64,000 bases of DNA from a virus (IMGVR_UViG_2799112265_000002:32001-96000), one strand, 5' to 3'; shown: positions 19,489 to 29,454, numbered from the stretch's first letter. Numbers and translations are program-made. The notes: generated from the sequence alone by a model not told the origin.

Positions 19489-21438
19489 GTGACCACCCTG
19501 CTCACTACTGCCGGTGACCTTGCAGACCCTTACCGTAGTTTCATCGCCAAATCGCGCTACTCCAGGTGGCTCGACGACGAGAACCGGCGCGAGACCTGGA
19601 CCGAGACCGTCGCGCGCTACGTGACATTCATGCTGGCCCAGTTGAAGGACAAGCACGACTACACCCCCGACCCCCAGGTGGTCGACGAGATCCACGCGGC
19701 CATCCTCAACCACGAGGTCATGCCGTCCATGCGCGCCGTCATGACGGCCGGCCCCGCCCTGGACCGCTCGAACATCGCCGGGTTCAACTGCTCGTACCTG
19801 CCGCTGAAGGACGCCCGCGCTCTCGACGAGTTGCTGTACATCCTCATGAACGGCACGGGCGTGGGCTACAGCGTCGAGCGCAAGTACACCGACCAGTTGC
19901 CCCCGGTGCCGGACGCCCTGCGCCAGACCAAGGACAAAATCGTGGTGCACGACAGCAAGGAGGGGTGGGGAATCGGCTTCCGGCTGCTGCTAGAGGATCT
20001 GTGGCAGGGCAAGGTGCCGACGTGGGACCTGTCCAAGGTGCGTCCGGCCGGGGCCCGGCTTAATACCTTCGGAGGTCGAGCCTCCGGTCCTGAGCCGCTG
20101 AACGAACTGTTCGAGTTCGTGGTGCAGAAGTTCCACCAGGCCGCCGGTCGTAAGTTCAGGCCGATCGAGGTCCACGACATCGCCTGCAAGATCGCATCCG
20201 TGGTGGTCGTGGGTGGCGTGCGCCGGTCCGCGATGATCAGCCTGAGCGACCTGGACGACAAGGAGATGGCCGAGGCCAAGTCGGGGGAATGGTGGGTCGA
20301 GCACCCCTACCGCGCCCTCGCCAACAACAGCGCGGTCTACACCGACGGCATGCGGCACGAGGACTTCCGCACCGAGTGGGACTCCCTCGTTGCCTCCGGC
20401 AGCGGTGAGCGCGGCATCTTCCACCGCGGGGCGGCGCAGAGGCAGGCCGCACGGTTCGGCAAGCGGGAGTCCGACACCGACTACGGGACCAACCCGTGCT
20501 CGGAGATCATCCTCCGGCCGTTCTCTTTCTGTAACTTGTCCGAGGTCGTCGTCCGGGCCGAGGACACCCCCGAGACCCTGACCCGGAAGGTGCGTCTGGC
20601 GGCTGTCCTCGGCACGTGGCAGTCGACCCTGACCGACTACCCGTACCTGCGCGACGAGTGGCGCAAGAACGCGGAGGAGGAGCGCCTGCTGGGCGTCTCC
20701 CTCACCGGGGTCTACGGCAACCCCTACACCAACGGAAGCAAGGGTATGGGGCTGACGTCGCTCGCCCTGACCGTCCTGCGCTCGGAGGTCGTCGAGGCCA
20801 ACGCTGCCGAGGCCCGGCGCATCGGTATCGCGGCCTCGGTAGCGACCACCTGCGTCAAGCCGTCCGGCACGGTATCCCAGTTGGTGGACTGCGAGTCCGG
20901 CCTGCACCAGAAGCACGCGAAGTTCTACTTCCGGCGGGTGCGGGTGGACAAGAAGGACCCGATCGCGTTCGTACTCATCGACGCCGGCCTGCCGTACGAG
21001 GAGGACGCCTACAACAGCGCCGCGTGGGTGTTCACCTTCGCTCAGCGGGCTGCCGAGGGGGCCCTCGTCCGTGAGGACGTGTCGGCCATCGAGCACCTGG
21101 AACTGTGGTTGGCCTATCAGCGCGCGTGGTGCGAGCACAAACCGTCGGTGACCATCTCCGTGCGCGAGCACGAGTGGGAGCAGGTCGGCGAGTGGGTGTG
21201 GGAGCACCTGGACGAGATCTCCGGCGTCTCCTTCCTGCCGTACTCGGATCACACGTATGTGCAGGCGCCGTACGAGGAGTGCACCGAGGCCGAGTACGAG
21301 GCGCTGGCCGCGAAGAACCACCGCGTGGAGTGGTCGGACCTGGCGTTCTACGAGACGTTCGACCAGACGAAGGGCTCCCAGGAACTGGCCTGCTCCGCGG
21401 CCGGCGGCTGTGAGGTCGTCGACCTCGTGACCACCTGA
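19489..21438 (+). CDS. nrdJ: Class II (B12-dependent) ribonucleotide reductase
   Basis: FNCSY, VVGGVRRSA, TNPCSEI, CVKPSGT and a C-terminal CSAAGGC cysteine pair. Confidence 0.93.
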   Translation: MTTLLTTAGDLADPYRSFIAKSRYSRWLDDENRRETWTETVARYVTFMLAQLKDKHDYTPDPQVVDEIHAAILNHEVMPSMRAVMTAGPALDRSNIAGFNCSYLPLKDARALDELLYILMNGTGVGYSVERKYTDQLPPVPDALRQTKDKIVVHDSKEGWGIGFRLLLEDLWQGKVPTWDLSKVRPAGARLNTFGGRASGPEPLNELFEFVVQKFHQAAGRKFRPIEVHDIACKIASVVVVGGVRRSAMISLSDLDDKEMAEAKSGEWWVEHPYRALANNSAVYTDGMRHEDFRTEWDSLVASGSGERGIFHRGAAQRQAARFGKRESDTDYGTNPCSEIILRPFSFCNLSEVVVRAEDTPETLTRKVRLAAVLGTWQSTLTDYPYLRDEWRKNAEEERLLGVSLTGVYGNPYTNGSKGMGLTSLALTVLRSEVVEANAAEARRIGIAASVATTCVKPSGTVSQLVDCESGLHQKHAKFYFRRVRVDKKDPIAFVLIDAGLPYEEDAYNSAAWVFTFAQRAAEGALVREDVSAIEHLELWLAYQRAWCEHKPSVTISVREHEWEQVGEWVWEHLDEISGVSFLPYSDHTYVQAPYEECTEAEYEALAAKNHRVEWSDLAFYETFDQTKGSQELACSAAGGCEVVDLVTT

Positions 21439-21566
21439 AACTCGTTAAAAGATCTTGCTCTGACTAGTTGATACATCGCTGGACCGGTAGTGCGATTCCG
21501 ATTACGGTATTGCACTACCGGTTCTTTATTACGTCTTCTCGACTACGGGATTGGAACCCACACCAC

Positions 21567-22850
21567 ATGCCGCTTAATACCTGCGCGGGTGGCCCCGACA
21601 AGGAAGCCCTCGCACTCGTCGCAAAGATCAACAAGGCGCACCCGGGCGCCGTCTGCTTCGCCTCGGAGATGCGCATCCCCAAGCGGTTCACCTCCGGCTC
21701 ACTGTCCCTGGACATCGCCCTCGGTGGCGGCTGGCCGGGCAACCAGTGGGTCGAGGTCATCGGCCGCGAGTCCCACGGCAAGACCGCCATCGTCTACAAG
21801 ACCCTCGCCGCCAACCAGAAGAAGGACCCCACCTTCACCTGCCTGTGGATCGCCGCGGAGCACTACGACGTCGACCAGGCCTCCGCCCTCGGCGTCGACA
21901 ACGAGCGCGTCCTGGTGGTCCCCACCCAGGCCATGGAGTTCGCCTACCAGACCATGCTCGACTTCGCCGAGTCCCGCTCCGTCGACATGATCGTCCTCGA
22001 CTCCTACCCCGCGTTGATCGCGGACGAGGAGCAGGAGAAGGACATGGACGAGGCCGTCATGGCGCTCGGAGCGAGACTGACGGGCAAGTTTTTTCGCAAG
22101 AGCGGGGCGGCCACCAAGCGGTCCATGACGGACGCCGACGACCGCCCGCTGTTGGGGATCGTCATCAATCAGTACCGGGACGCCATCGGCAAGTTCTCAC
22201 CCCACGGCACACCGACAACCACCCCGGGCGGCAACGCCAAGAACTACGCGTTCTACACCCGCGTCGAGGTCCGGCGCGACGAGTGGATCCAGGAGTCCCG
22301 GCCGGGCAAGGGCAAGGTGAACGTCGGCCAGGTCATCAAGGTCAAGACCATCAAGAACAAGTCCGCCGCCCCGCAGCAGACCGCGACGATCGACTTCTAC
22401 TTCCGCAGCGCCCCCTTCATGAACTTCGCCCGCGGTGACTACGACACCGTCAAGGAGATCATGATCATGGGGATCCTCTTCGACGTCATCCAGCGCAAGG
22501 GCGCGTACTTCCAGATCGACAACGGCGAGTACGACGACAAGGGCAAGCCGGTCCTGCGCTGGCAGGGCAAGGACGCCATGCTCGACCACATCCGCCAGGA
22601 CCTGGACCTCCAAGAGGCCCTGTACGAGAAGATCCTCGTCGCCTCCAAGAAGGTCGACGAGCGGTCCATTTCCGAGGAGGACCTGGAGGCCGCCGAGTCG
22701 GCCGGCACCAAGAAGGTCCGGCGCCGTCCCTCTGGAGTCATCGACGACGGTCGGTACGAGCCCGGCACCGACCCGGAGAAGGACGCGAAGATCATGGCCC
22801 AGATGAACGCCCAGATGATGGCCGACGGGCTTAATACCGAGGCCGCCTGA
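21567..22850 (+). CDS. recA: RecA-like recombinase
   Basis: SGSLSLDIALGGG, GRESHGKT, INQYR, TPGGNA; likely start at ATG 21567. Confidence 0.92.
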   Translation: MPLNTCAGGPDKEALALVAKINKAHPGAVCFASEMRIPKRFTSGSLSLDIALGGGWPGNQWVEVIGRESHGKTAIVYKTLAANQKKDPTFTCLWIAAEHYDVDQASALGVDNERVLVVPTQAMEFAYQTMLDFAESRSVDMIVLDSYPALIADEEQEKDMDEAVMALGARLTGKFFRKSGAATKRSMTDADDRPLLGIVINQYRDAIGKFSPHGTPTTTPGGNAKNYAFYTRVEVRRDEWIQESRPGKGKVNVGQVIKVKTIKNKSAAPQQTATIDFYFRSAPFMNFARGDYDTVKEIMIMGILFDVIQRKGAYFQIDNGEYDDKGKPVLRWQGKDAMLDHIRQDLDLQEALYEKILVASKKVDERSISEEDLEAAESAGTKKVRRRPSGVIDDGRYEPGTDPEKDAKIMAQMNAQMMADGLNTEAA

Positions 22851-22982
22851 TGGTGGCCGTGCTCTCCCTCCTCCTGGCTTTCGCGGCCGTCTACATCGTG
22901 GTCCTCGGCGTCCGCTACTCCCGGCGCCAGGGCCGCGCCCACCTCAAGTTCCTCATCCTCGCCAACCTCCTGGAGAAGACCT

Positions 22983-23327
22983 ATGGCGGACATGCTGAAG
23001 AAGTCCCAGAAGCAGGAGCGGCGAGGAGCGGAACTGCTGGGCGGGACGGTGAACGCCGGGAGCGGAAACGGCTGGGTCAGAAAGAACGACGTACGCACCC
23101 CTGAGTACAGCGTCGAGTACAAGGTCACCGGCAAGAAGCAGTACTCCCTGAAGGACGCAGAACTTCAGACCGCGGAGAAACAGGCCCTCCTCGACGGCAG
23201 GGAAATGCTCTTCGGGATCCAGATGGAAAGCGGAAGGAACTGGATCGTGATGAGCGAGGAAACATTCCTCACGCTTAATACCCAGGCGTTCCCGGACGCC
23301 GACCCCGACGAGGTGCTGTCGTGGTAA
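22983..23327 (+). CDS. PD-(D/E)XK nuclease / resolvase-like protein
   Basis: QERR..., GSGNG..KNDV, VEYK. Confidence 0.7.
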   Translation: MADMLKKSQKQERRGAELLGGTVNAGSGNGWVRKNDVRTPEYSVEYKVTGKKQYSLKDAELQTAEKQALLDGREMLFGIQMESGRNWIVMSEETFLTLNTQAFPDADPDEVLSW

Positions 23328-23758
23328 TGCACCTGCGGATGAACGCCCCCGAATGGGACGGCGGAGGCAACCCGGACAAGGAAGCCTCCTGCCGGAAGTT
23401 CCGGCCGACGAGAGAGCACGACGACTTCTTCGGCGACGGGACCGGAGAGGAATCCGAGGCCAAGCACATCTGCAACGGCACCTATACCGACCGGGTGTGC
23501 CCCCTCAGAGAACAGTGCCTGTCCTTCGCGCTGATCAACAACGAGCACTACGGAGTCTGGGGCGGCCTGACCGTCCTGGAGCGGGCCTACATCAGGAGGT
23601 TCGTCCCCAAGAACGAATGGAGTTACGACCGTGCCCCGAGCCGGGAGGACATCGAAGCCGTCTGGCCAGACCGGCTCCCGCCGGAAGACGACGAAGCCGA
23701 CGGGGAAGATGGCGGCGCTGGCGGAGACGAAGAAGAACTCCTCGGTGCTACTGGGTGA
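23321..23758 (+). CDS. whiB: WhiB-family transcription factor
   Basis: Four cysteines (C..C..CPLREQC) plus GVWGG. Confidence 0.9.
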   Translation: MVMHLRMNAPEWDGGGNPDKEASCRKFRPTREHDDFFGDGTGEESEAKHICNGTYTDRVCPLREQCLSFALINNEHYGVWGGLTVLERAYIRRFVPKNEWSYDRAPSREDIEAVWPDRLPPEDDEADGEDGGAGGDEEELLGATG

Positions 23759-24887
23759 CATCCACAAGCACCTGCTCGACCAACACGGCAAGCCCACGGA
23801 CCGCCGGCAGGACATCATCCACCCCTCGGAGATGGCCAAGGCCGACTGGTGCCCCCGCCAGACCTACTACAGGCTGGCGGGGGTTTCCCCCGAGAAGGAC
23901 CGCTCGTTCTCCGCGCAACTGGAGGGCGTTTTTGAAGAGGGCCACATGATCCACGCGAAGTGGCAGAAGTGGCTCCAGCAGATGGGCCGCCTGTGGGGGA
24001 AGTGGAAGTGCCCCGTCTGCGACTACTGGGAGATGGGTACGGCCGGACGCATAGCCTGCCCGTCCTGCCGGAACCGCTCCGACCTCGCTGGCTACCCGGT
24101 GTACCTGGAGTACGCCGAGGTGCCACTGGCCGCCGAGCACGAGTTCCTGATCGCCGGGCACGAGGACGGCGCCGTGGAGGACCTGAACGCCCTCGTGGAG
24201 ATCAAGTCCATCGGCATCGGCACCGTCCGCTTCGACAACCCCGAGCTGCTGCGCGAGTACACGGTGAAGACCGAGGACGGCAAGACCGTCACCGACCTGG
24301 ACGGCCTGTGGAAGGCGCTGCGGCGCCCGTTCGGCAGCCACATCCGGCAGACGCAGATCTACCTGCGGCTGTGCAAGGAGATGGGCCTGCCCTACGACAA
24401 GGTGATCTTCCTCTACGAGTACAAGGCGACGCAGGCCCAGAAGGAGTTCGTCGTCAAGTACAACCCGGAGATCGCCGAGCCCCTGTTCGAGACCGCGCTC
24501 GACATCAAGTACGCCCTGAAGAAGGGCAAGCCACCACCGCGGCCGGAGTTCGCCGGCCAGGACAAGAAGGTCTGCAAGGACTGTCCGTTCATGTCGACCT
24601 GTTGGGAGACCACCACCAATGACCAGAGCGGTATCACGGAGGGGCTGGGAAGCCGTCCAGAGCCCGAGCACGAAGGCGATACGCCGGATGGAGCGGGAGG
24701 ACCTGTACCTGCCTCCGAAGCCCGAGGGCGACATGCCAGAACTGCCCCCGGATCCCACCGAACTCGACGACAGCGAACTGATGCAGTTGTTCGCCCGGAC
24801 GACAGCGTGGGTGGAGTACACGGGCAGCCGGCTGGCAGCGGCGGAGGTGGACGAAAAGTCGTGCGCCGACACACTCGAAAGCCATAA
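23631..24887 (+). CDS. Cas4-like PD-(D/E)XK exonuclease (start uncertain)
   Basis: IHPSE..WCPR, GHMIH, GHEDG, VEIKS, QTQIY, CKDCPF..C. Confidence 0.85.
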   Translation: MPRAGRTSKPSGQTGSRRKTTKPTGKMAALAETKKNSSVLLGDIHKHLLDQHGKPTDRRQDIIHPSEMAKADWCPRQTYYRLAGVSPEKDRSFSAQLEGVFEEGHMIHAKWQKWLQQMGRLWGKWKCPVCDYWEMGTAGRIACPSCRNRSDLAGYPVYLEYAEVPLAAEHEFLIAGHEDGAVEDLNALVEIKSIGIGTVRFDNPELLREYTVKTEDGKTVTDLDGLWKALRRPFGSHIRQTQIYLRLCKEMGLPYDKVIFLYEYKATQAQKEFVVKYNPEIAEPLFETALDIKYALKKGKPPPRPEFAGQDKKVCKDCPFMSTCWETTTNDQSGITEGLGSRPEPEHEGDTPDGAGGPVPASEARGRHARTAPGSHRTRRQRTDAVVRPDDSVGGVHGQPAGSGGGGRKVVRRHTRKP

Positions 24888-25128
24888 GGCCCTATCCGCC
24901 GTCCGCAATGCGTCCGCCAAGACAGTGACGCAGGCCAAGGCCATGGCGCACGAGGACCCGGAGTACATCGCGGCCCAGGAGGCCAAGACGGCCGCCTACG
25001 CCTACCGCAAGATGGTCCAGGCCCTGCACCAGTCCGCCGAGGGCCGCAACACACTCCTGAGCCGCGAGCTGACCCGCCGGGTCGGCCGTGGTGACCGCGA
25101 GGCGCGCGCCGGCAGGATGAGCGCATGA
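24619..25128 (+). CDS. Hypothetical helical protein (UvsY-like position)
   Basis: GGAG RBS; coiled-coil character; overlaps the exonuclease tail. Confidence 0.7.
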   Translation: MTRAVSRRGWEAVQSPSTKAIRRMEREDLYLPPKPEGDMPELPPDPTELDDSELMQLFARTTAWVEYTGSRLAAAEVDEKSCADTLESHKALSAVRNASAKTVTQAKAMAHEDPEYIAAQEAKTAAYAYRKMVQALHQSAEGRNTLLSRELTRRVGRGDREARAGRMSA

Positions 25129-25550
25129 GGACCGTACGCCGGTCCGTGACGCGCATGGAGCAGCCCCGGCCGCCGTGGGAGTGGCGCAACCACTTCCGGG
25201 CCGGGGCGCCCCGGACGTGCCTCACCTCGCACCGGGATCCGGTCTACGTACGCCGCGGTGAGCACGTCTACAAGGTCGGTCAGTTCGACTGGCTGCTGCG
25301 CCTGTACCAGCACGTCGGCGTCTCCGAGCAGTCGGTGCGCTGGGAGGGCTATGTCCTGTATGACCTGGATTGCGAAATGCCCGTAATCAGGTTGTCAAGC
25401 GATTGGTTGGAATACGTTGACAACCGTCGAGAGATCGTGTTTCGTATCAGCAAGAAGGACGCCCTGGCAGCCGGCGGGGAGATCGAAACCCCCGACGGAG
25501 TCCGCTTCGCCGTCCCACTCAGCGCCTACTCATCCCACGAAGGGCAGTAA
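25125..25550 (+). CDS. Hypothetical protein
   Basis: ATGA overlap. Confidence 0.65.
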   Translation: MRTVRRSVTRMEQPRPPWEWRNHFRAGAPRTCLTSHRDPVYVRRGEHVYKVGQFDWLLRLYQHVGVSEQSVRWEGYVLYDLDCEMPVIRLSSDWLEYVDNRREIVFRISKKDALAAGGEIETPDGVRFAVPLSAYSSHEGQ

Positions 25551-25558
25551 CCCACCAC

Positions 25559-26293
25559 ATGTCGCTTAATACCTCGGTCGCTCCGGCGGCCGTCACCTTC
25601 CGCAGCACGATCACCGCGACGCTCGACACCGAGACCGTTGCCGGGTCGGACGCCAAGATCTGTAAGGCCGCCCGGGTCTCCACGGTCGGCGCCGCCGCGG
25701 CGGAGACCGGTGAAGCCCGCGGCCTGATCAACTACCTCATGAAGAACAGGCACGGCTCCCCGTTCGAGCACGCGCAACTGTCCTTCCTCGTCGAGGCCCC
25801 GATCTTCGTCGCCCGCGAGTTCATGCGTCACAGGGTCGGCTGGAGTTATAACGAAACCAGCGGCAGGTACCGGGAGTTGGAGCCCGTCTTCTACATGCCG
25901 CCGGCCTCCCGCCCTCTGGTCCAGGTCGGCAAGGCGGGGGAGTACTCCTTCGAGCACGGCACCCACGAGCAGTACGACGCCGTCGAGCACTCCTTCGGCG
26001 TCATCTACCGCGCCGCCTACAGCCACTACCAGCAGATGCTGGGCCGGGGAGTGGCCCGCGAGGTCGCCCGCAGCGTCCTGCCGGTCGGCACGTTCACCTC
26101 CTTCTACGCCACCTGCAACCCGCGGTCGCTGATGCACTTCCTCAGCCTGCGTACCACCTCCGCGTGGGCCACCTTCCCCTCTTTCCCCCAGGAGGAGATC
26201 GAGCGGGTCGCCGACGACATGGAGAAGGCATTCTCCCTGCACTTCCCACTCACGTGGGAGGCCTACCTCGACAACGGAAGGGTCTGCCCGTGA
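25559..26293 (+). CDS. thyX: FAD-dependent thymidylate synthase
   Basis: HGSPFEH, RHRVGWSYNETSGRY, NPRSLMHFLSLR. Confidence 0.95.
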   Translation: MSLNTSVAPAAVTFRSTITATLDTETVAGSDAKICKAARVSTVGAAAAETGEARGLINYLMKNRHGSPFEHAQLSFLVEAPIFVAREFMRHRVGWSYNETSGRYRELEPVFYMPPASRPLVQVGKAGEYSFEHGTHEQYDAVEHSFGVIYRAAYSHYQQMLGRGVAREVARSVLPVGTFTSFYATCNPRSLMHFLSLRTTSAWATFPSFPQEEIERVADDMEKAFSLHFPLTWEAYLDNGRVCP

Positions 26294-26451
26294 GCCGCCG
26301 AAACGACGACCGTCCCACCGTCATCGCCCTCCTGGCCCTCGCCGCCGTCCTCCTCTCCCTGAGCACCTGGGCATGGACCTCCGCCCCCTGCGGGATGTGG
26401 AAGTGGGAGAAGGCCGGCGACGTGCCCGCCCGGTGCGTGATGCACCGATGA
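26290..26451 (+). CDS. Small membrane protein
   Basis: 4-nt overlaps at both ends; one hydrophobic segment. Confidence 0.6.
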   Translation: MSRRNDDRPTVIALLALAAVLLSLSTWAWTSAPCGMWKWEKAGDVPARCVMHR

Positions 26452-26837
26452 ACACCCCCCTCCTCGTCACCGTGATTGCCGCGTGGGTCGGCGTTCTGCT
26501 CTTCATGGCCTGGACCCTGATCAACGTCGCCGCCGAGCGCGACAGGCTGAAGGACGAACTGATCATGGAGCGCGTCCGGCGCCGGAAGATCGAAGAAGAG
26601 TCCCTGGCCCTGGTCGAGAAGGTCACCCCGCTGATCGAGAAGACCGACTGGATGACCGGCCGCTGGCACGGCCAGTTCAACACCCTCGTCCGCATGGAGA
26701 ACCGCCGGAACGAGAGCGTGGACGCCGCCCGCCGGGCCCTGTGGAGCATCCCCCTCGTCGCCGAGCACATCAGGACCAGCCTCACCTTCGGCGACCACCT
26801 GAACGTCACCGAGTACCGCAACGGAGAGAGCAAGTGA
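26448..26837 (+). CDS. Membrane-anchored coiled-coil protein
   Basis: N-terminal TM segment; ATGA overlap. Confidence 0.65.
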   Translation: MNTPLLVTVIAAWVGVLLFMAWTLINVAAERDRLKDELIMERVRRRKIEEESLALVEKVTPLIEKTDWMTGRWHGQFNTLVRMENRRNESVDAARRALWSIPLVAEHIRTSLTFGDHLNVTEYRNGESK

Positions 26838-27433
26838 ACGCCACCACCGCCCCCGTCGACCCCGACACCGAGATCGTCGAGTCCTGGCTGCCGCGGTACA
26901 TCGGCCTCCACGGCTTCGCCGGCACCGGCAAGGACGCCGTCGCCAAGATCCTCGCCAACTACGGGTACGAGCGGGTCGCCTTCGCCGACGTCCTGCGCGA
27001 GGCCCTGTACGTCCTCAACCCGATCGTGTCGTACGGCTACACGGGACAGCAGTGGCTGAGCGAGGTCGTCGACCACCTCGGATGGGACCTGGCCAAGCGC
27101 GAGTACCCGGAGATCCGCCGGATGCTCCAGGTCCTCGGCACCGAGGTCGGCCGCGAGATGATCGACCAGAACGTCTGGGTCAACTCGGTGTTCAAGAAGT
27201 TGGAGGAGGGCAAGAAGTACGTCTTCACCGACGTCCGCTTCGTCAACGAGCACCAGGCGATCGACTCCCGCCTCGGCCTGCTGGTCAAGATCGACCGCCC
27301 CGGCTACGGCCCCGTCAACGCCCACAAGAGCGACAAGGGCCTGCCCGACGAGTGGTTCGACGTCCGGATCGTCAACGACGGCAGCCTTGAGGACCTTAAT
27401 ACCAAGGTGCGCGAGATGCTGAGGCTCGCATGA
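26834..27433 (+). CDS. Deoxynucleoside monophosphate kinase
   Basis: IGLHGFAGTGKD, FADVLRE, LQVLGTE, TDVRFVNE. Confidence 0.9.
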   Translation: MNATTAPVDPDTEIVESWLPRYIGLHGFAGTGKDAVAKILANYGYERVAFADVLREALYVLNPIVSYGYTGQQWLSEVVDHLGWDLAKREYPEIRRMLQVLGTEVGREMIDQNVWVNSVFKKLEEGKKYVFTDVRFVNEHQAIDSRLGLLVKIDRPGYGPVNAHKSDKGLPDEWFDVRIVNDGSLEDLNTKVREMLRLA

Positions 27434-27768
27434 CGAACCGGTCGAAGCAAAAGGGCACCAGTTTCGAGTCTTCCGTCCTCCCGGCCATCAAGGAGAAGCA
27501 GCCGCTGGCCGAGCGCCGGGCCCTGGAGGGAAAGCAGGACAAGGGAGACTTCTACATCCCCGGCGAGGACCGCTTCGTGATCGAGGCGAAGAACCACAAG
27601 GAGATGGACCTCTCCGGCTGGCTGAGGGAAGCCACCACCGAGGCCGCCAACGCGAATGTCCCCCACGGAGTCGTATTCCACAAGAAGAGGGGTACCACGG
27701 ACCCGAGAGAGCAGTACGCGACCATGAAGGTCGGTACGTTCCTCGACCTGGTTTACCCGGAAGAGTAA
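27430..27768 (+). CDS. Holliday junction resolvase (Hjc-like)
   Basis: SKQKGTSFE, DKGD, VIEAKN. Confidence 0.8.
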   Translation: MTNRSKQKGTSFESSVLPAIKEKQPLAERRALEGKQDKGDFYIPGEDRFVIEAKNHKEMDLSGWLREATTEAANANVPHGVVFHKKRGTTDPREQYATMKVGTFLDLVYPEE

Positions 27769-27784
27769 CTAGGTGACGCAGCAG

Positions 27785-27816
27785 GCCCCAGGTGAGGACG
27801 ACACCCTGGGGCCTGT
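27785..27816 (+). terminator. Stem-loop / terminator
   Basis: GGCCCCAGG...CCTGGGGCC followed by TGTTGT. Confidence 0.5.
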
Positions 27817-27889
27817 TGTCATTAACACAAGATTCCTGTGCCTCCGTATTCTCGAATTGTGATCAGAATCGGACACACAGGAGTCATCA

Positions 27890-28189
27890 ATGGGAGTTCA
27901 GTACGACGACGAGGGGGCCGGTAACGAGGCCATCCTGCGCGTCAAGAGTTCTTCGAGCGCGGCCAGCCTGGCCAGCGCCATCTCTCACGCCGTTTATGAC
28001 GGCAAGCGGGTGACCCTACGAGCCATCGGGGCCGGAGCGGTAAATCAAGCCATGAAGGCCATCGCCATCGCGAACTCGTTCGTGGCGCCCCGCGGAATCG
28101 TGCTCGACTGCCGGCCCGGATTTACCACCGTCACCACGCAGGATGCCGGAGATATCTCCGCGCTGCTGCTGCGGATCTTCGTCCACTGA
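27890..28189 (+). CDS. spoVS: SpoVS-family (Alba-like) nucleic-acid-binding protein
   Basis: LRVKSSS..SLASAI...RAIGAGAVNQAMKAIAIA..F...CRPGF matches the SpoVS signature. Confidence 0.88.
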   Translation: MGVQYDDEGAGNEAILRVKSSSSAASLASAISHAVYDGKRVTLRAIGAGAVNQAMKAIAIANSFVAPRGIVLDCRPGFTTVTTQDAGDISALLLRIFVH

Positions 28190-28245
28190 CGTTCTAATCC
28201 GCTGCCTTTTCGTCTCTACACTGGGTTTGATCCAGTGGAGGCGTA

Positions 28246-28527
28246 ATGAATGGTGTGGCGGAAGAAGGACGCAACGGCTCCTTCTCGACCGGAGCTATGG
28301 AAACTAAGTTCCCGTCGATAAACCTCCAGCCCGTGGCGCGATTCCAGCCGACATCGGTATTCGACGAGACGCAGGTTCGCGGCTCAGCGAACGGCCTGGG
28401 TTCCGAGGACTACGACCGTAAGCGCATCGGCGGGGGATTCGCCCCGTCCACTAACGGCGCCTCGAAAGGGACCTACGACAAGCGGCTGTGGATCGACAAG
28501 AACCCGTACCGAACCATCGGCGGCTGA
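28246..28527 (+). CDS. Hypothetical protein
   Basis: GGAGG RBS. Confidence 0.7.
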   Translation: MNGVAEEGRNGSFSTGAMETKFPSINLQPVARFQPTSVFDETQVRGSANGLGSEDYDRKRIGGGFAPSTNGASKGTYDKRLWIDKNPYRTIGG

Positions 28528-28541
28528 TTAAGGAGCCAGCA

Positions 28542-28883
28542 GTGGCGAAGAAGAAGAACAGCGGCATCACGACGACGGACAACCCGTCGCTGCGGCCGAC
28601 CATGGGCACCGACGCCTCCCGGCTGGCCAACGTCGCCAAGCCGATCAAGGGCCGCAGCGTGCCGAAGAAGGGCAACGCCAAGGGCGGCTTCCTGGAGGCC
28701 GCGACCGCCAAGCACCGCCCCGGCATCCTGGAGCGCAACGGCGCCTCCCTGCGGCCTACCGCGATCCTCTACCAGGCCAACGCCGCCGAGGCCGGCGCGG
28801 TCCAGCGCAACGTCGTGACCGTTCCGTCCGCCATCGGCAACCGGGACTTCTACGCGAGGCGCCAGTACGGCCAGGGCATGTGA
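28542..28883 (+). CDS. Basic hypothetical protein
   Basis: AAGGAG RBS, GTG start. Confidence 0.7.
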   Translation: MAKKKNSGITTTDNPSLRPTMGTDASRLANVAKPIKGRSVPKKGNAKGGFLEAATAKHRPGILERNGASLRPTAILYQANAAEAGAVQRNVVTVPSAIGNRDFYARRQYGQGM

Positions 28884-28896
28884 GCAGGTAGCGACC

Positions 28897-29454
28897 ATGT
28901 CCAGCAACTGGCAGTACTTGCCACCGATGGGCATCGGGCAGCCGGGCGCTCCAGTGCGCGCGAATGGTGGAGCAGGAACAGATGGGCTCACCTTCCGCGA
29001 TGGTCTGGACGCCCGGCGCGCTGCTATGGGCGCTCGCACGCCCTCCGCGGAGTACCCCGACGGCTACCTCGGCACGATCAACGACAGACGACGCGACCGC
29101 GTCATGGAGGGCGTCCAGAAGCGCCTGACCGACCGCAGCTACCAGCGCGGTGTCCACAAGGGCGACGTGATCGACCGCTCCGACTACTTCTGGCCGGACG
29201 CCGGGGGAGTCAACCCCCAGGCAGGTCTCGTCTACGAGGCCCGCGGCCTGCGCTGGACCCAGTCCGGCACCCCCGAGGAGCGCCTGGCCCACATGGGCAA
29301 GAACGCAGCCCTCAGCCCCGCGGAGATGGGCGCCCTTCAGCAGAAGTACGGCATCTCCGAGGTCATGGCCGACATCGACCCGGTGCGCAGCGAGCGGCTG
29401 AAGAAGCTGCTGCCGTCCGCCTCCCCGTACAACTCGCCCGACCAGTGGAGGTGA
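28897..29454 (+). CDS. Hypothetical protein
   Basis: Codon bias. Confidence 0.75.
   Translation: MSSNWQYLPPMGIGQPGAPVRANGGAGTDGLTFRDGLDARRAAMGARTPSAEYPDGYLGTINDRRRDRVMEGVQKRLTDRSYQRGVHKGDVIDRSDYFWPDAGGVNPQAGLVYEARGLRWTQSGTPEERLAHMGKNAALSPAEMGALQQKYGISEVMADIDPVRSERLKKLLPSASPYNSPDQWR

Noticed and set aside
21468-21566. N-terminal extensions in the ORF track for recA (also 48240, 61724, 62869, 10204)
   Set aside because: The extensions run through AT-rich promoter regions or upstream genes; downstream starts fit better.
22850-23104. 84-aa hydrophobic ORF after recA
   Set aside because: It overlaps the nuclease gene by about 120 bp. It may be real (TGATG coupling) but support is too weak to list.
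23631-24887. Cas4 as evidence of a CRISPR system
   Set aside because: Solo Cas4-like exonucleases are common in phage recombination modules, and this one sits beside RecA and resolvases.
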